64,000 nt of DNA from Thalia democratica (taxonomy: Eukaryota). The stretch covers positions 1 to 64,000 of the forward strand of contig CBDBBG010000078.1 in assembly GCA_965202585.1 (NCBI GenBank), in the 5' to 3' direction. Under the pieces are notes generated by a model. It ran no database searches. It worked only from the letters and a program-made list of their open reading frames with translations, and was not told the DNA's origin. Within the stretch, counting starts at the first letter, position 1; every line of letters starts with the position of its first letter. The position numbers and the translations under genes were made by a program. Positions 24,798 to 38,600 of the stretch are shown piece after piece.

Positions 24798-26788
24798 AAT
24801 GTTAGCTAACTTCTATAAGATGTATTTACTATTGAACATTGACAAAACATTTTTTTTTGTTAGAAATGTCTTTTATAAGGTTTTAAACTAAATTATTTGT
24901 TTTAATACTTTACTATGCTTTTTCTGATTATGAATAATTGCTTTTATAAATGATCATTTACAACTGTAGTTTTTACTTATGATATGCAAAGTTTTTATTT
25001 TCTATTTTCAATGAATTTAATTGATTTTTTACTATGAAAGTCGTAAAAGTAACTACTTATTTTATTAATGTATTTTTAGCATACTAGAAGTACTTTATCA
25101 ATATTAAAATATTTAGTTTTCCCTAATTTAAGATTTTTATTTTTAATTTGCTATTCTTTGTTTTTTAAACACCTGGATTAGCTATTTTTATGTTAGAAAA
25201 ATTTTTAGTATTTCACTGTGAAACGTATTTTAATTCTTAACTAATTATGTTAAAGTATTTTAGCTTTTTTTCGTTTTTGACAACTTTTTTTGAATTAAAC
25301 TGATATTATTGTTTAAGAAATATAAATTAAAAAACTATTTATACCTTAGATGTTTAGTATGTTACTTAGTCAGTTTTGTATTTTTTAACCTCGTTTATTC
25401 AGTTATTGTTATCCAATAGATATTTAAATAAAACCGTAAACCAAATTCAGTTGCTTAAAATACTGTATACTTTGTTGGTATATAGATTAAAGAATTTAAA
25501 CTTGTATCGAAAAGTTTTTGTAATTACTTATAGTTTCTGTAACCAAAAAACTTGTGAAACAAAGTCTTTAGTTCAGGATTTTTTTTCTTAAATTTTTTAT
25601 CACTGACTAATAGAGATATTTTTGTTATAAATAAAAAAATTATTTTAATCTTTTCAAAATGTACAGCGAGAACCAAAAAACTATAAAAGGGTTTGTTATT
25701 CTGTAAGTATTTTTAATTATCTGATTGATGTTTGTGGTTCTAAACATAAGTTTTTTTTTTAGTGAAATCTTTCTTAATCAACTATGGAGTTATTTATAAA
25801 GAGCAAAATATGTCTCAGGTGTAATTAAGGGTAGATTTTAAACTTATACTAAATGTTATTAGAAAGTTTAACAATTTAGGGTAACATAAGCTGTAAAAAG
25901 GGGCAAGGCCATATATTAGGAGTATTTTAAGGTAGAGATTTTTGAGAAATCTTGTTGTTTGGAACCTAAGCTTTTTTAATCAGAGGAGTCTTTATAAAAA
26001 AAAAGAGAAAACCCTGACTTAAAGTGAAAAAAGTGTCTTGTGTTTTTTAACTTTTTTTAGTCTTAAAGTACATCTTACAATAAGATTGTTTATAACTAAG
26101 TTACGATTAGTCTACAAAAATTTGAGGAAAATATTTCAAAAAAAAAATTTAGGAAAGTTTTTTCAAAAGTTTCTTTATTGTCAATTAACTTGTCTTCTAT
26201 AAGCAACTTATTGAGCTCTCAAAGTTTGTACACATGTATTTCATTTTTTCCTTTGAAAATTTTCTACAACGTTTTAGATTTTAAAAATGTTATCAGCTTG
26301 TAAATAATTGGTTTAAACCAATACCCTGATATTATTTTTATTATTTTGGTATAATGTTTGATCTTATACCAAAAAAGTTAAGAAAATTAAAAAATTAGAC
26401 TGTAATTTTACATGAATCAATGAACCCACCTACACAGGAAAACTACAAAAGTAAACCACCAGACCAGAAAAAGGTTTACCATAGAAAAATATTCATAATT
26501 TAAGACCAAAATGGTTATGTTAACTCAAACCTATCATTTTAAATTAAAAAAAAAACAAATTTATAAATAATTTGAAAAATATGCTCTTTAAAATAACAAG
26601 AAAACATTAAACTATTAATAAAAACTGTTATAAAACATTGAGTTTAAAACAACTTAAAAACAGAGAAAGATGTTAAAGTGTAAAAACTGTAGAACGCAAA
26701 CAATTAAAAAATTTTAACTTTGCAAACAGGAGCTTTTATTAAATACGTTCAAAAAGTTTATCCTTTTCTGCAGTAATTTTGGTAGCAG

Positions 26789-27199
26789 CAGGGTTGCAAA
26801 ACACTCAGGGAATTCAGAGAAACTCAGGGAATCGTAAAGTTGTAGAACATCTCAGGGAAACTCAGGGAATTTCGATTCTTTTTTTTTAACGTAGGGAAAC
26901 TCAGTTCAGTATTGTTTTTTTCTAAAAATTACAGGGAAATTTTTTCTAGATCTAGAATGAGATTTTATTATTTTAGTTTTAATATTTGTTCAAAAAGTTA
27001 GTTTTATTTACTCTTAAGTGCTTATTTATAAATTTTTTAGCCTTGCGGCTAATTCTTCAATATTATTTGAATTAACATTGATTTTTTTCTAATAAAATTT
27101 TTAAGAATTTGAAATAAAAACTCAAGGTAGTTTAAGGTTACTCAAGGAAATTTGTGGTCACTCATGGAAGGTTTTTTGACTTAATGAGTGGCAAACCTG
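26789..27199 (+). mobile_element. Same MITE, copy C
   Basis: CAGGGTTGCAA...TGGCAAACCTG with TAGCAG flanks. Confidence 0.8.
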
Positions 27200-27786
27200 T
27201 AGCAGCAGCTGTTTGTTGATTTGTTAAATTATAAATAGTTTTTCATATACAAGTGTACACAGTTTTAGAGCTAAAACAGTTTGTATAAAAGTACCTAGCA
27301 AAATAATTATAGAAATACTGTTTTATTATTAACAACAATCTTCTGCACATTTTTTTAATTTTCTCAAAATTATCCAATCTAAACCAATTTTATGTTTAAC
27401 AAACCTGTTGAAGACTTGTTTTTAAACTCTCCTGAGAGACAAAAAATTGTCCTGGGTAATCCTGTTTATTTTTTCAAAGTCTTTAAAAAGTTTTAATTTA
27501 CTTTTCATAATTAATATTCATCAAGTTTTACAAAAAGAAATATAAAAAATAAATAATTAAAACTATATAAACTCTTTTATTTAAAAAAAAAATAAAAAAT
27601 CCTGTGATTTTCAAAAATCTTTAAACTATCCTGAGTTTTTGTTATAAAACAAAACCATTTTGAATCAGAAAAATAAAAATAAAGTATCCTGATTTATCCT
27701 GAGCTGTAATGAGATAAAAAAATATATATACTTTATTATTCAATTATGATATTTTTCTTCTTTTTAGTTATAAAAAAATTACTAGG

Positions 27787-28760
27787 GTACTTTTTTTTCC
27801 AGTTTTTGAATAGTGTTCAAAATTTAGATCCAACTATTTTTTATATCTCTAAAGCTAACTTAGAACTTCTTTGTTTTTATTCAAAAAGCAAGTTCATCTG
27901 AATAGGTTTTGAATTTTTGAGTAGGGCTCTTTTAAAAATTTAATGTTTTTTTTATTTATTTACTTATTTTATTTTTTTTTCCATTTACGTATCGAACTAA
28001 GTTTATTATTAAGAAATTTTAATTTTCTTGAAATTTTTTTTAAAAGATATGATTTTTTTTGTCTTCAAAATGTCAAAGTTCATAATGGATTTACTACAAA
28101 AATAAATAATTTTTGGTAAAAAAAAATTCAACTTGTTTTTTAACAAAATTTTAAATCAAAGATATGTTAATTTATCTGATTTTTTTTTATTTAACCTATG
28201 CAAGTTTTACATAAATTTGTGGCATAGTTTACAAAATTTGAGGGACTTCTAGTTCAAGTGCTTTTAGTTTTTGTAAAACTTGCATAGGTCATTAAAAAAG
28301 AAGTCGGAAAAATAAATACTTATTTACTATAAAACTTAATTAAATCAGCATGTAGCATTTTTTTCAAAAGTTATATATTTTTGCAGTAAAGCCATGATAA
28401 ATCATAATTATTACAAATGATCATTTTTAAACAAAAAGTAAAAAGGAATAATGTCATATCTTGTAAATAATAAATAAAAATAAAAATTTTAAATAGTAAA
28501 CTTAGTTTAAAAGTAAGTAAAGAAATTATAATTATTATCATTTTTTTTAGAATTACAAAAAAAAAAATAAAAAAAAAACGTAAAAGTTTTAAAAGGGTTT
28601 CACCTAATAATTAAAACTCCAATTAGATTGATTTTTTTTAAACAAAAGGCAAAAAAACGTTTTTTTAGAGTAAAAAAAATTCTCAAGTTAGCTTAAAGAT
28701 AAAAGAAATGTTTGGATCTATAGTTTGGAGATTTTTTAAAAATTCCAAAAAAACTATTCG
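27787..28760. repeat. Foldback element, copy C (left end degenerate)
   Basis: Homolog of 4193-5229. The inner stem at about 28195-28270 is retained. Confidence 0.7.
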
Positions 28761-29918
28761 AGCCAAAGTAACCCTCTTTATAAAATAATTATATATTAAA
28801 CTCAGTATCAACCTTGGCTGTGGGCTTTGAGAGTTTTAAATAATGATAATGTTTTGACCAAAATTAAAACTTAATAAGTTTTATAACATCTCTAGTGGTA
28901 AAAATTAAACTACAAAATTATTTTCATCACTTTATTCTTGTATAATAAAAGAATTGTTTTAAAGCCAAACTTTGTATTATTTAAAAACTTTCAATTCTTT
29001 TGAAGAGTCCATAAATTAAGTTCGGGCTCTAACCAACGAAAATCCCAAACTAAATTAGAGTATTAAAAATATTCAAATTTAAAACAGGCAGTTAGAAAAT
29101 CTAATAAATTTAATATGGATAAATGAAAGCATAATATTTACTTAAACAACTCAAAACTTTGATTACTAAAGTAAATAACACAAAAAAAAAAACTAATATT
29201 TGGCGATTTTTTTTTCGTAATACAAAAGTATTAATAAGAAAAACTAGACAATCATATATTTCTACTCTATGTTTAAAGTTTTTAAAGCACTTGTTTACAA
29301 AGCGATAAAAGTTGTTGTGTATCTCATGTAGTACAAGTGCAAATACGTTAAATTTACAAACCAAATTAAAGACAGTCATTTTTAAAATAAGAAGTAAATT
29401 AAGTAGAATAATATTTTTTTTTCGTTGACATTAAAGTATGATTTGTACAGAATTTAATAGCTAAATGATAGTACTTAAATGAAAAATTTTTTTCAGTTCG
29501 GGTTTATTGGTTTGGTGCTAGAACCCATAAAAATGGTGGACTTTTAATTGTAATTTTGAAGATATTTAATTTTTTTTTGAAAGCTATTAATTACAACAAG
29601 TAATCAAACGAGCAAAAAACTTTTTGAATAGATAAGTTGTTTATTTTCTTAAGATTAATGTAATCCTTAAAACAAACTTTTCAAATGTCATGAAGTATCA
29701 TTTTGTTCTTTCTGTAAATAAAAAAGTGGTATGATCGGTTAGCTTGATTAAAATTTTTATTTATTTATTTTATATATTTTCGAACTTACATCACATAATC
29801 ATTTTACTGCTTTATTCTATACTTGGACTTTTTTATTCAGATTAATTAAAGGTTTTTGCAAACTAATAATTACTTAAAGAAACAGGGCTTCTGTTAAACA
29901 GTACTTTGAACAAAAGAA

Positions 29919-31478
29919 ATGAAAACGACAAAAGGTACAGTTTAAAAGTCATGTTTAAAAGTTTTTTTAAAGTAAGTTAAATAAAAATAACTTTGTTTTT
30001 ACGTTTAATAAACAGATGAAATAAAACAAAACTCAATGATTCATAATTTTTCCGAGTAAAACTATTATTTCAATAACAAAAACGACGACTTTTTTAATTT
30101 GTTTTTATTACTATAATTTCAAATGAATTCTCTGATTGTCCTTCTAAGCTTTTTTATTTTGTTTTTGTGTCAAATACCGATTTCGATCTCGCAACATTCA
30201 AAAACGTCACCAGGACACCTCTATTTGAAATAAACTAAAATAATAAGATTCAACAAACCAGTATTAAAAGTAAAAACTATAATATAGGCTGCTACATTTG
30301 TCTTTCTGAGGACGAAGATCGCCTTATAAGTCCCTGCAAATGCGCTGGTTTGTTTAAAACTGTTACTTAATTATTTTATACATCATATCAACTTAAAACT
30401 TTAAATGGTTTTAAAATGAACAGAAATTTTTCCACCACCTAAATTAAGTTACCTAAAATATTAACGGCAAAAACTTAAAAAAAAACAATTATTTTAAAAT
30501 TAATTTTAGGAGGAAACAAATATGTCCACGAGAGCTGCCTAATTGAATGGATTGAGAGGAAAAGGAAAATAAAAAAAGAAGAACATTTGGAACCGGCATG
30601 CGATATTTGCAATACAAAGTTTTATGTCAACTATTTTATATAACTCATGAATTTTACTTTTGAAATTCACATTTTGCAAAACTAGATTGAAATGATCATT
30701 GCCAGTAAATTAACTTGATTTTGCGAAACTTAGTAAAAGTATATTAAATAAAATCATGTTTTGAGTAACTTATTTTTGTTAAAAATGGTGTACTAAATGG
30801 TAAATATGATAGAAAAGCTATTTGAAATTTTTAACTCTAAAATCGATTCTAAATACTCTTTTAAGCACAAAATATTTCTTTACTTTTATAATATTTTTTC
30901 ATCTCAAAATTTAAATTACAGAAAGCACAGTGCTTTTTAAAATTACTACATTTTATTGATATTGACAAAACACTAATAATGAAACATTCAGCAACAATAT
31001 TTTTTTACATCGAGGTTCGCTGTGACTTACGAAAAATCAATGCCAACCGCCGCAAAAGTACTCAAAGTGTTTTTCAACGACTTATCAAAGAAAAGCAATT
31101 ATTTCATTGTTTTTTTAGGATTTAATATTGTCTACCTTGTTTTTCACTTTACTCCAGAAATTTACCAGAGATTCACCTACCCAAAAATTACCTTTCTTTG
31201 GTCGGAAAAAGTTTTTCTCGCTATCTATTTCATTGGCTGGTTTTTAACCTTCGAGTAAGTACAGCTCGTTTTACAAGTTTCAAGAAGATTTTGTTTGCTC
31301 AAACAAAGTTATTTTTTTAAATATTTCAAAACTGTAATTGAAACAAAATGATGGTAATTGTGCTTTCAGGCTTTTGTGGAAAATAGGAAGCGCAGCTAAA
31401 AAATGTTGGAAGTCACGTGTTTATTGGAAAGTCCGTAGTGTGAATAATTTTGTTTGTGAAAACAGAAAAAAAGAATAA
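29919..31478 (+). CDS. MARCH-type RING-CH E3 ligase, copy C, 177 aa
   Basis: Exons 29919-29934, 30288-30347, 30510-30618, 31015-31254, 31370-31478. All are open and all 8 zinc ligands are kept. There is a 12-nt in-frame deletion before TM1. Confidence 0.87.
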
Positions 31479-32804
31479 ATTTGTTGTAATGTTTTGTTGA
31501 ATGTTATAATAAAAAAATAAAATAAAGTGTTTTAATTCAGTTTCTGCAGATTTATAATATTAGATTTTTATAAAGTAAAATTGTTGAAGTGCTTAAATAC
31601 AGTAAAAATGAAGTTATTTTAGTTTAAATAAATTATGTTTTTTGGTTTCTTCTTGAAAAAAGGACTAAGGTTTCGTGCTGTATAAAATTAATTAAAATTT
31701 CTTTTAATTTTTAAAGGTAAACTAAAGGACTTAGGGTTTGTTTTCTTAAACTGAAAATAAATAAAAATTTTAATTTAAAACTAAAGACTACAGAAAAGTA
31801 TTTTGTTGAGGTATTTGTAGTTTTAATTTATCAAATAATCTCTAAATAAAAAACTTTATTATTTATGTAGATGTGTATCTTGGCCAAACATTAATCTGCT
31901 ACTAAAATCGATGTTGTTTAATTCTTAAGCTAGTTAAAATTACAAAACCGATGAGTACATTTACTTGATAATTTATTGTTTACAAAATGTATGTTCTGTG
32001 TATATAACAATCATAAAACACTATATTAAACTTATATTTCAAACAGTATTAAATAGACAATAGTTGAAAATATTCTTTTTCTTTAAATACATAAAAGTTC
32101 AACAACCTGAGTATATCAGATATTGTTAAAGTTACTTGTTATTGTCAACGTTTTTTAAGGCTTAACTAACATAAGAAAGCTCTAATTACAAGCATAAGCT
32201 TATTGTAAATTGATCAACACCGACAAAAAGTTGCTATTAAAAGTAATTTTGTTTTACACTCTCCGAATAATTAAAATAAAAGTAAGTTATTATCTAAAGT
32301 TCAGTGTACGCCTACCCATTAAAAACTATGTATATATAATTTGTTAAGAGAATGTTTTATTAGTAAACTAAATTTTCTAGATAAAACTCTTAACTTAAAG
32401 TTGTAAAACTATTTTAAACAGTTTGTATTACTTGAAAATTCAATAAAGCTTTTTTTTTGAACAAACTAAGAAGTTAAGTTTTAAATTTTTAGAATAAAGC
32501 TCAAACCAAGTTTCGATGTTCAAGAGGTTTTATTTACTACAAAATAGATCTACTTCCAGTTACTTTTTACATATTTTCAGAAGTGTAGTCTCATTCCATA
32601 GTTAATTTAAAAATCTAAGATTTACTACTTGGAATAAAACAAACATATATATTTTTGTGCGCATTTATTTTATACTAAGCAAAACAAAATAAATTCCAAC
32701 AAAAGTAGTTTTTAAATGAAAACGAAACAACATTTCAAATAACAAAAAGTTTGAAAATTTGAAGCAGTACTGTAAAAAAAAATCATGTCTTTATAAAATT
32801 ATAC

Positions 32805-34200
32805 TCATAATGTAGCTACAAGCTTTATCAATTTGTAAAGCAAAACAACTACTACAATTAAAAGAAAAAACAATGTACAGCTACCCCATTCGAATACCGT
32901 GTAACCTGAAAACAAAATAGTTATTACTTTTTATTATAAGCTTAACTTTTATTATGTTATGAAAATTAATAAAAACAGTGGACTAATAAATATTCTTATT
33001 GGACAGTAAAACTATTTCCAACAAAACCTTAAAAATTTGATTACTTTAACAACTTGCAATATGAACTTTACCCTGCTGAATCTATAAAATATTTGAAACA
33101 TAATTTAGTTTTCTATAAACAAATGATCAAAACTATTTCTAATAAAACCTGAAGACATTGACTACTTTTAACAACTTATATGGTGAACCTTCATAAAATA
33201 ATATTATAATCACTTAACATGTATAATATTTAATGAAAAAGGGAAACTACTTGGGCAGATGTGGTGAAATTTGTCACAAATCGGCAGACCGTCGATGAAC
33301 TCTCCGCTTTACAACACAACTTCCACCTCGTAACATTTCCCGTTGCACTTCCCACAGAACTCTTCTGTAAAAAGTAATAAAATCAGTGTGCTTATTTAAT
33401 ACGAGCCATTAATAAAACTGTAGCTACCTTCGGCAGGTTTTCTGGCGAATACGCTCGCTAGATGGCGCTGTTTGTCGCCTGTTACCACGGAGAGTTGTGT
33501 ACCGATTGTCAACTGACAGTTACCTGTTCAAATGATTATAATATAAAAGTTTGAGTTTAAAATGATCCAACCATTTTTCATTACTCACTTTCGGGCACAG
33601 CATAAGCTAATATGCATCCGTCTTCTTCAGTAGTGGTGTTTGAACAAGCGCTTTGTAGACCTAAAACACGTTTTAACTGTAATTAATTTCTTTTATAATT
33701 GACATTTTGTACTACAATTTTGTGCATGTGAAGAAGTTTTAATTAAAAAAACATTAAAGTTTAAAACGTTTCTAGCTTCAAAAAATAAGTTTAAAAACAA
33801 GATGACTGCTGTATAATAATTCAAATTCTTTTGAGCATATCAATAAACATCTATATTAAGTTTTATACAAGAGACTAATTGTATGAAATTTTTTTTAGTT
33901 TGCAAATAGTAAGTTACTAACTGATGGGTCCCTTTTGCTGTTTATTGTCAACCTGTTGCAGTTATTCAAAGATTTATATGAATATGACATTAGTTCACTT
34001 GTAAACTTTAAAAGAAAATTTTTCATTCATGCCATAAATATTAAAACAGATAACTGACAAATTTAACTTTTATGTATGAAACAAATCAATATATGCTAAA
34101 ATTTGACTGAACTAACAACAAATTCAGACGTGTAACGAGATCCAAATGTAACAACAACCATGAAGTTTGTAAGAAAAATCAAACTAAAAATCAATCTCAT
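32805..34200 (-). pseudogene. Cys-rich type-I membrane protein, copy C; complete 6-exon structure with a premature stop
   Basis: Exons 34200-34117 (MRLIFSLIFLTNFMVVVTFG...), 33952-33922, 33660-33589, 33523-33428, 33364-33251, 32905-32805. There is an in-frame TAA at 33311-33309 (codon 113) where A and B have GAA. Confidence 0.75.
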
Positions 34201-35628
34201 ATTTGACTGAACTATATACCTGAAAAACAATTAATTTAAAAAATGTCTAATAAAAACTTAGTTATAAATTGTTCACTTTCTTAGAATTTATTAAATTTAG
34301 TTTTAATTAAACTAGTTATAATTTGAAGTTTTGAAACTAACAGTTTATATACTATTTGTAAAGTTATGTGATTAACTTTAATTGAACATGTGAGCTGATA
34401 ATTGTCGTTAAGCTATTAAAAGCAAAAAAGCAATTAATCAAAAAGTTTTTATTTGTTTAAAAATTCAGTTTCTAGTATTATTCCATTGTTTGTTTTAAGT
34501 TTAATAGTAATTATAAAAAACTTTATTTTTAACGATTACTTTAAGTTTTATAATACTTTAGTATCACAAATAAAATGTGTATCATAATATTTTGATCTAG
34601 TTCAACAGTTACTTAGCTTCTAAATAATTTAAATTATTGGTAAATATTACTAAAATATTTTTTTTAGTATATTTTAATCTTCTATAATGTTTTACTTTTA
34701 AAGCAGTTACATTGACTGTGTAGTTATTAAAAACTACCTGGCTGAAAACTATTAAATTTCTCCTCGAAAATAACCTTACTTTATATGAATTTTGAAATAT
34801 ATAAACAATATTTTTGTTTCGTAAATAAGCAACAAACTTTCAAAAATTTTTTAGTATGAATAAAAAGTTCACAACTTTAATAACTAGTCACTTCTAAAAA
34901 GTATAAATTCATGTATATAGTAATACTCAAGAATAATCGCTATTAAATACACTTAATGTTTCACATAATAATTATGATTAACATATTTCATTATACTGCA
35001 AAGTTTGTTTACGATAACTTAGTCTAGTTATTTCGTAATAAGTTTAAATATTTTTATAAGTTACTTAAGTTTATTTCTTAAAATGTATTGAAACTATAAG
35101 TATTATTACAGCGTGTAACAACTGTCATTCAAAACTTAGTTGCGTTTATAGTAAAATATATTAAATCCAATAAGTTGTAAGAGTATTTATTTAGATGCAA
35201 ATAATTTATGAAATCTAATAAGAACTTTATAAAAAATTTTTTTAATCTTTAACAAGAATTTGATAAAAACGAATAATTTTGTATTTTATAATTAGCTTTA
35301 AACTCTTTCGTTCTAGAAAAGTATTTTTTTTTTTAATAATTAGTTCAAACATCAGTTTTCAAAAGCTTAAAAAATGTTTTAGCATAATTTCAAAATTAGC
35401 ACGCAATTTAAGAAATAATTTTTTTTTTAATTTTTACCTATAATATTATTTATTTGTTTTCTTCTGCTAGGACTTAAAACTTAGAGCTGTTAACCTGGTA
35501 ATCACTAGGTCCTGTTTTCAAAGATCACGAAACGTTGTAACATACACGTATATCCGTATGGCTTAAATAGAAAGTCCTAACTATAATTTAACATACCGAA
35601 CCCGGACGGACTGTGGTTTTTCGATGGT

Positions 35629-35643
35629 GCTGCCCTCTAGTGG
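35629..35643 (-). promoter_or_regulatory. CTCF-consensus motif in a small GC-rich island
   Basis: The minus strand reads CCACTAGAGGGCAGC, matching the CTCF core consensus, in otherwise very AT-rich DNA about 260 bp beyond the end of unit C. Confidence 0.45.
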
Positions 35644-38600
35644 CGCCCTGCTACTTGATCTCCCATCCCCTGGAAGTTTCAGAAGTTACGGGACTTTTTT
35701 GCATAACTTTATAAATTTATACTATAAATTTTAATAAGTTTAGCAAAGGTAAGGGAGAATAACATTTTGATTTTTTTTGTTATATGTTTTCTTTTATGTT
35801 TAGAGTTTCTTTCAAAATAAGTAAAGAGAATTGTATATAAAAAAACAACATTGATAAAAACTAATGTTTTATGTAAAAAACAGTACCGTTTTAGCGATAG
35901 AGAGCTTATCTACTCTTCTTTTTTTACTCGTTCTCTTCTCTAATAAGTTTTTTACGTTTACTAATGCTCAGTTCTTTTTATTTTGGCGGGCTTTACCAAT
36001 GTTTATGGTTAGCAGTCGAGTTCGGCTATTTAGTTTTATATTTGAGTCGTGCTAAATTGTGCAGTTAGTTATTATACCAGTGGGCTTGTTCGACCGGTGT
36101 TTGGTGTGCAATGCCGTGCATGTATTTTAGCAGTTGATTTTTTAATTGAAGGTTTTTTAGCAATTTTAAGCATTTGTCGTGATTTGGTTACTTAAATCAG
36201 CTTAATTTATTAACATTTTATGCCAAATGTTTATCTTATTTTCTTTTCGTATAAATTATGAAAAATATATTCATATACTTATATATATATATATCAAAAT
36301 AATTTTACATTTGCTGAAAAGTGTATTTTACATTATATGTAAAATACACTTTTACCATCAACTCGAATTAAGTTTAAGTAGAAACATAAGTTCTTTACTA
36401 AAGCGCTCAGTAAATACCAACCAAAACTGTTAGATTAAACAACAAACGTAGTTTAGAAAGTAACCTGGGGTTGTCTATTATATAAGTAAGCAATTCAATG
36501 GCTACATACAAAGTAACTTCATCGCTAAAACCATAATAAACTGCAATCTTGTCAACTTTATTTCAAAGTATTAAAATAAAGTACTGTATCACAACACTTT
36601 AATTATAATGAACATCTCTTTAATATCCATTGTTTGATCGGTATAGTAACATTAGCGTTCTGGCAACTTTGCTACACTGTACAAATAGTTAAAAAATATG
36701 GTAATAAAAACTGTAATATGTAAAATAAGTAGATGACACATACCAGGGGCGTAGCGTGGGGAGGGACACTGGCGCATGCGTGCCTCATTTAAAAAAGTAT
36801 AGAATGTATTATCTTTATCCTTTAAGCATTTAATTTCCTTTATTAACTTATTTTTCAACTATGTATATGTAGCAGGCACGTAGCTTGGTACGTTTGCAGA
36901 AACGTACACTTTTGTGCAAAAAAATGCTTTAGTTTCAATTTTTCAACTAATAAATACCCTGCCTTCTTAGCATTTAGTATTCATTTATACTTGGTTTTGC
37001 ACTCCTAAGAGATAATTTTGACATATATGTATTTTTGAGCACTTTTAGTGTCGTAAAAATTGAACGAACCAAATACATTCAAACTGTATACATTTAGCTC
37101 ATTTAGATTTCATTTGTCAGAAAGCTTTGCATTGCAAATTGATTCTAATAAAAGCTGCAGCTTTTTCGTCAAAGACTAAAATCATACAATTTAATAATAT
37201 TAAAATTTGCATAGTCCAATGTTGTTTCTATTGACTACGCTATTGTTTGATTTTTTAAATTTTCAAAAAAACTTTAAAAGTTGTACGGATAACTGTTTTT
37301 GAGTTAAATTGTGATTTTTTTTAATACTTATTTTTAATGAAAGTTTTATGGGTTTACACAACAAAGCAACTTATAAAGTATCATAGGGATCTGAAACAAC
37401 ATAAATTGCCTTGTGTACAGTAATCATTCGTACTAAACATTCCTTTCAAATTTTGAAGTATTAACAAAAATGCATACTTTCATAACTCATTTTAATAACA
37501 TCAGAGGTAGTTCCCGCTAGGATGTTACCGCGCATCATTTCAAATGTTTTATATTTTTGCAGATTCGTAACTTTTTTGAGCTCTAGATATGTAAAAATTA
37601 AACGATGCGTTAAATAATAATTAAACGATAAATTTTTGGATACTACATTTACATTGCCGGTGCACAGAACACATCTTGGAAAATAAATCATCTCTATATA
37701 GTGTTGTTTTAGGTAGTGATAAAATTCTTATGTGAACCTCATAAAACAAGATTATATTCATAGTTGTTAATGTGATTAGTAAATACTTCTATCGACTATA
37801 TCCAGAAAGTTTAGTAACAGATTAATTTTATCTACCCTTTCATTGTTTCGAAAAATAAATTAAATTTTTTGTATATTCGAAAGCTAGAATAATTATTTTA
37901 CTTAAAGTTTTATATACTCAAACAGACTTTTTCAGTATTGTTTAAAACAAACATACATATTGTATTTCTAACACTACAAAAGCAGTATATTTAAATTTTT
38001 ACCAAAAAGTTTTTAGATTTTTGTTTTAACTGTTGGTGTAAAGATGATTGACCGTTTTATATTGTTCTTACATATCTTAAATAAAATAATCATAATCTTT
38101 AAACATTTAAGAGTTTTTCAAGGATAGAGTTTTTCAAAATAAAAAATTTTAGATCATTCATCACATAACTAATTTGAAAAAGACAAAAATATCAATTTTA
38201 AATAAAAGCTTTATTTAATCGTTTACACTTAAAAGTTTAAAATAACTGTTTAAATATTTTGTATAGCGTGATAATTAATTGCACTTTCAAACAACTGATT
38301 TGATTATCGATACAGATTTAGTTGAAGGTAAACAAACAACGTTTCAATATAAAACCAGTAGATTATCAAGTGTCTAAGTTAATCGTGATTTTTTTTTGTT
38401 TTTGCAAAACTTTAACAATAAAACAAATTATTATTATTAACGTTAAAAATTAAGTTATTAAATTAGTATTTTATAACTTTATTTTGAATTAGATGAAAAA
38501 AAAATTCATTATTTAATTGTGCTTGTAGATAAATATTTTGACATTTATAATGTTGTTCCAGCAAACGTTTTAACAGTTTATGTCATGAAATTATGTTAAT

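Larger units (their letters stand above)
25564..35365 (+). repeat. Segmental duplication unit C (most complete copy)
   Basis: 25564-33822 matches A directly. 33822-35365 matches the reverse complement of the spacer 13568-12012. Confidence 0.92.

Noticed and set aside
35860-37700. Mildly GC-richer patches and ORFs 35864, 36227, 36652 and 37461 as genes or retroelement remnants
   Set aside because: No recognisable domains, paralogs or coherent splice chain.
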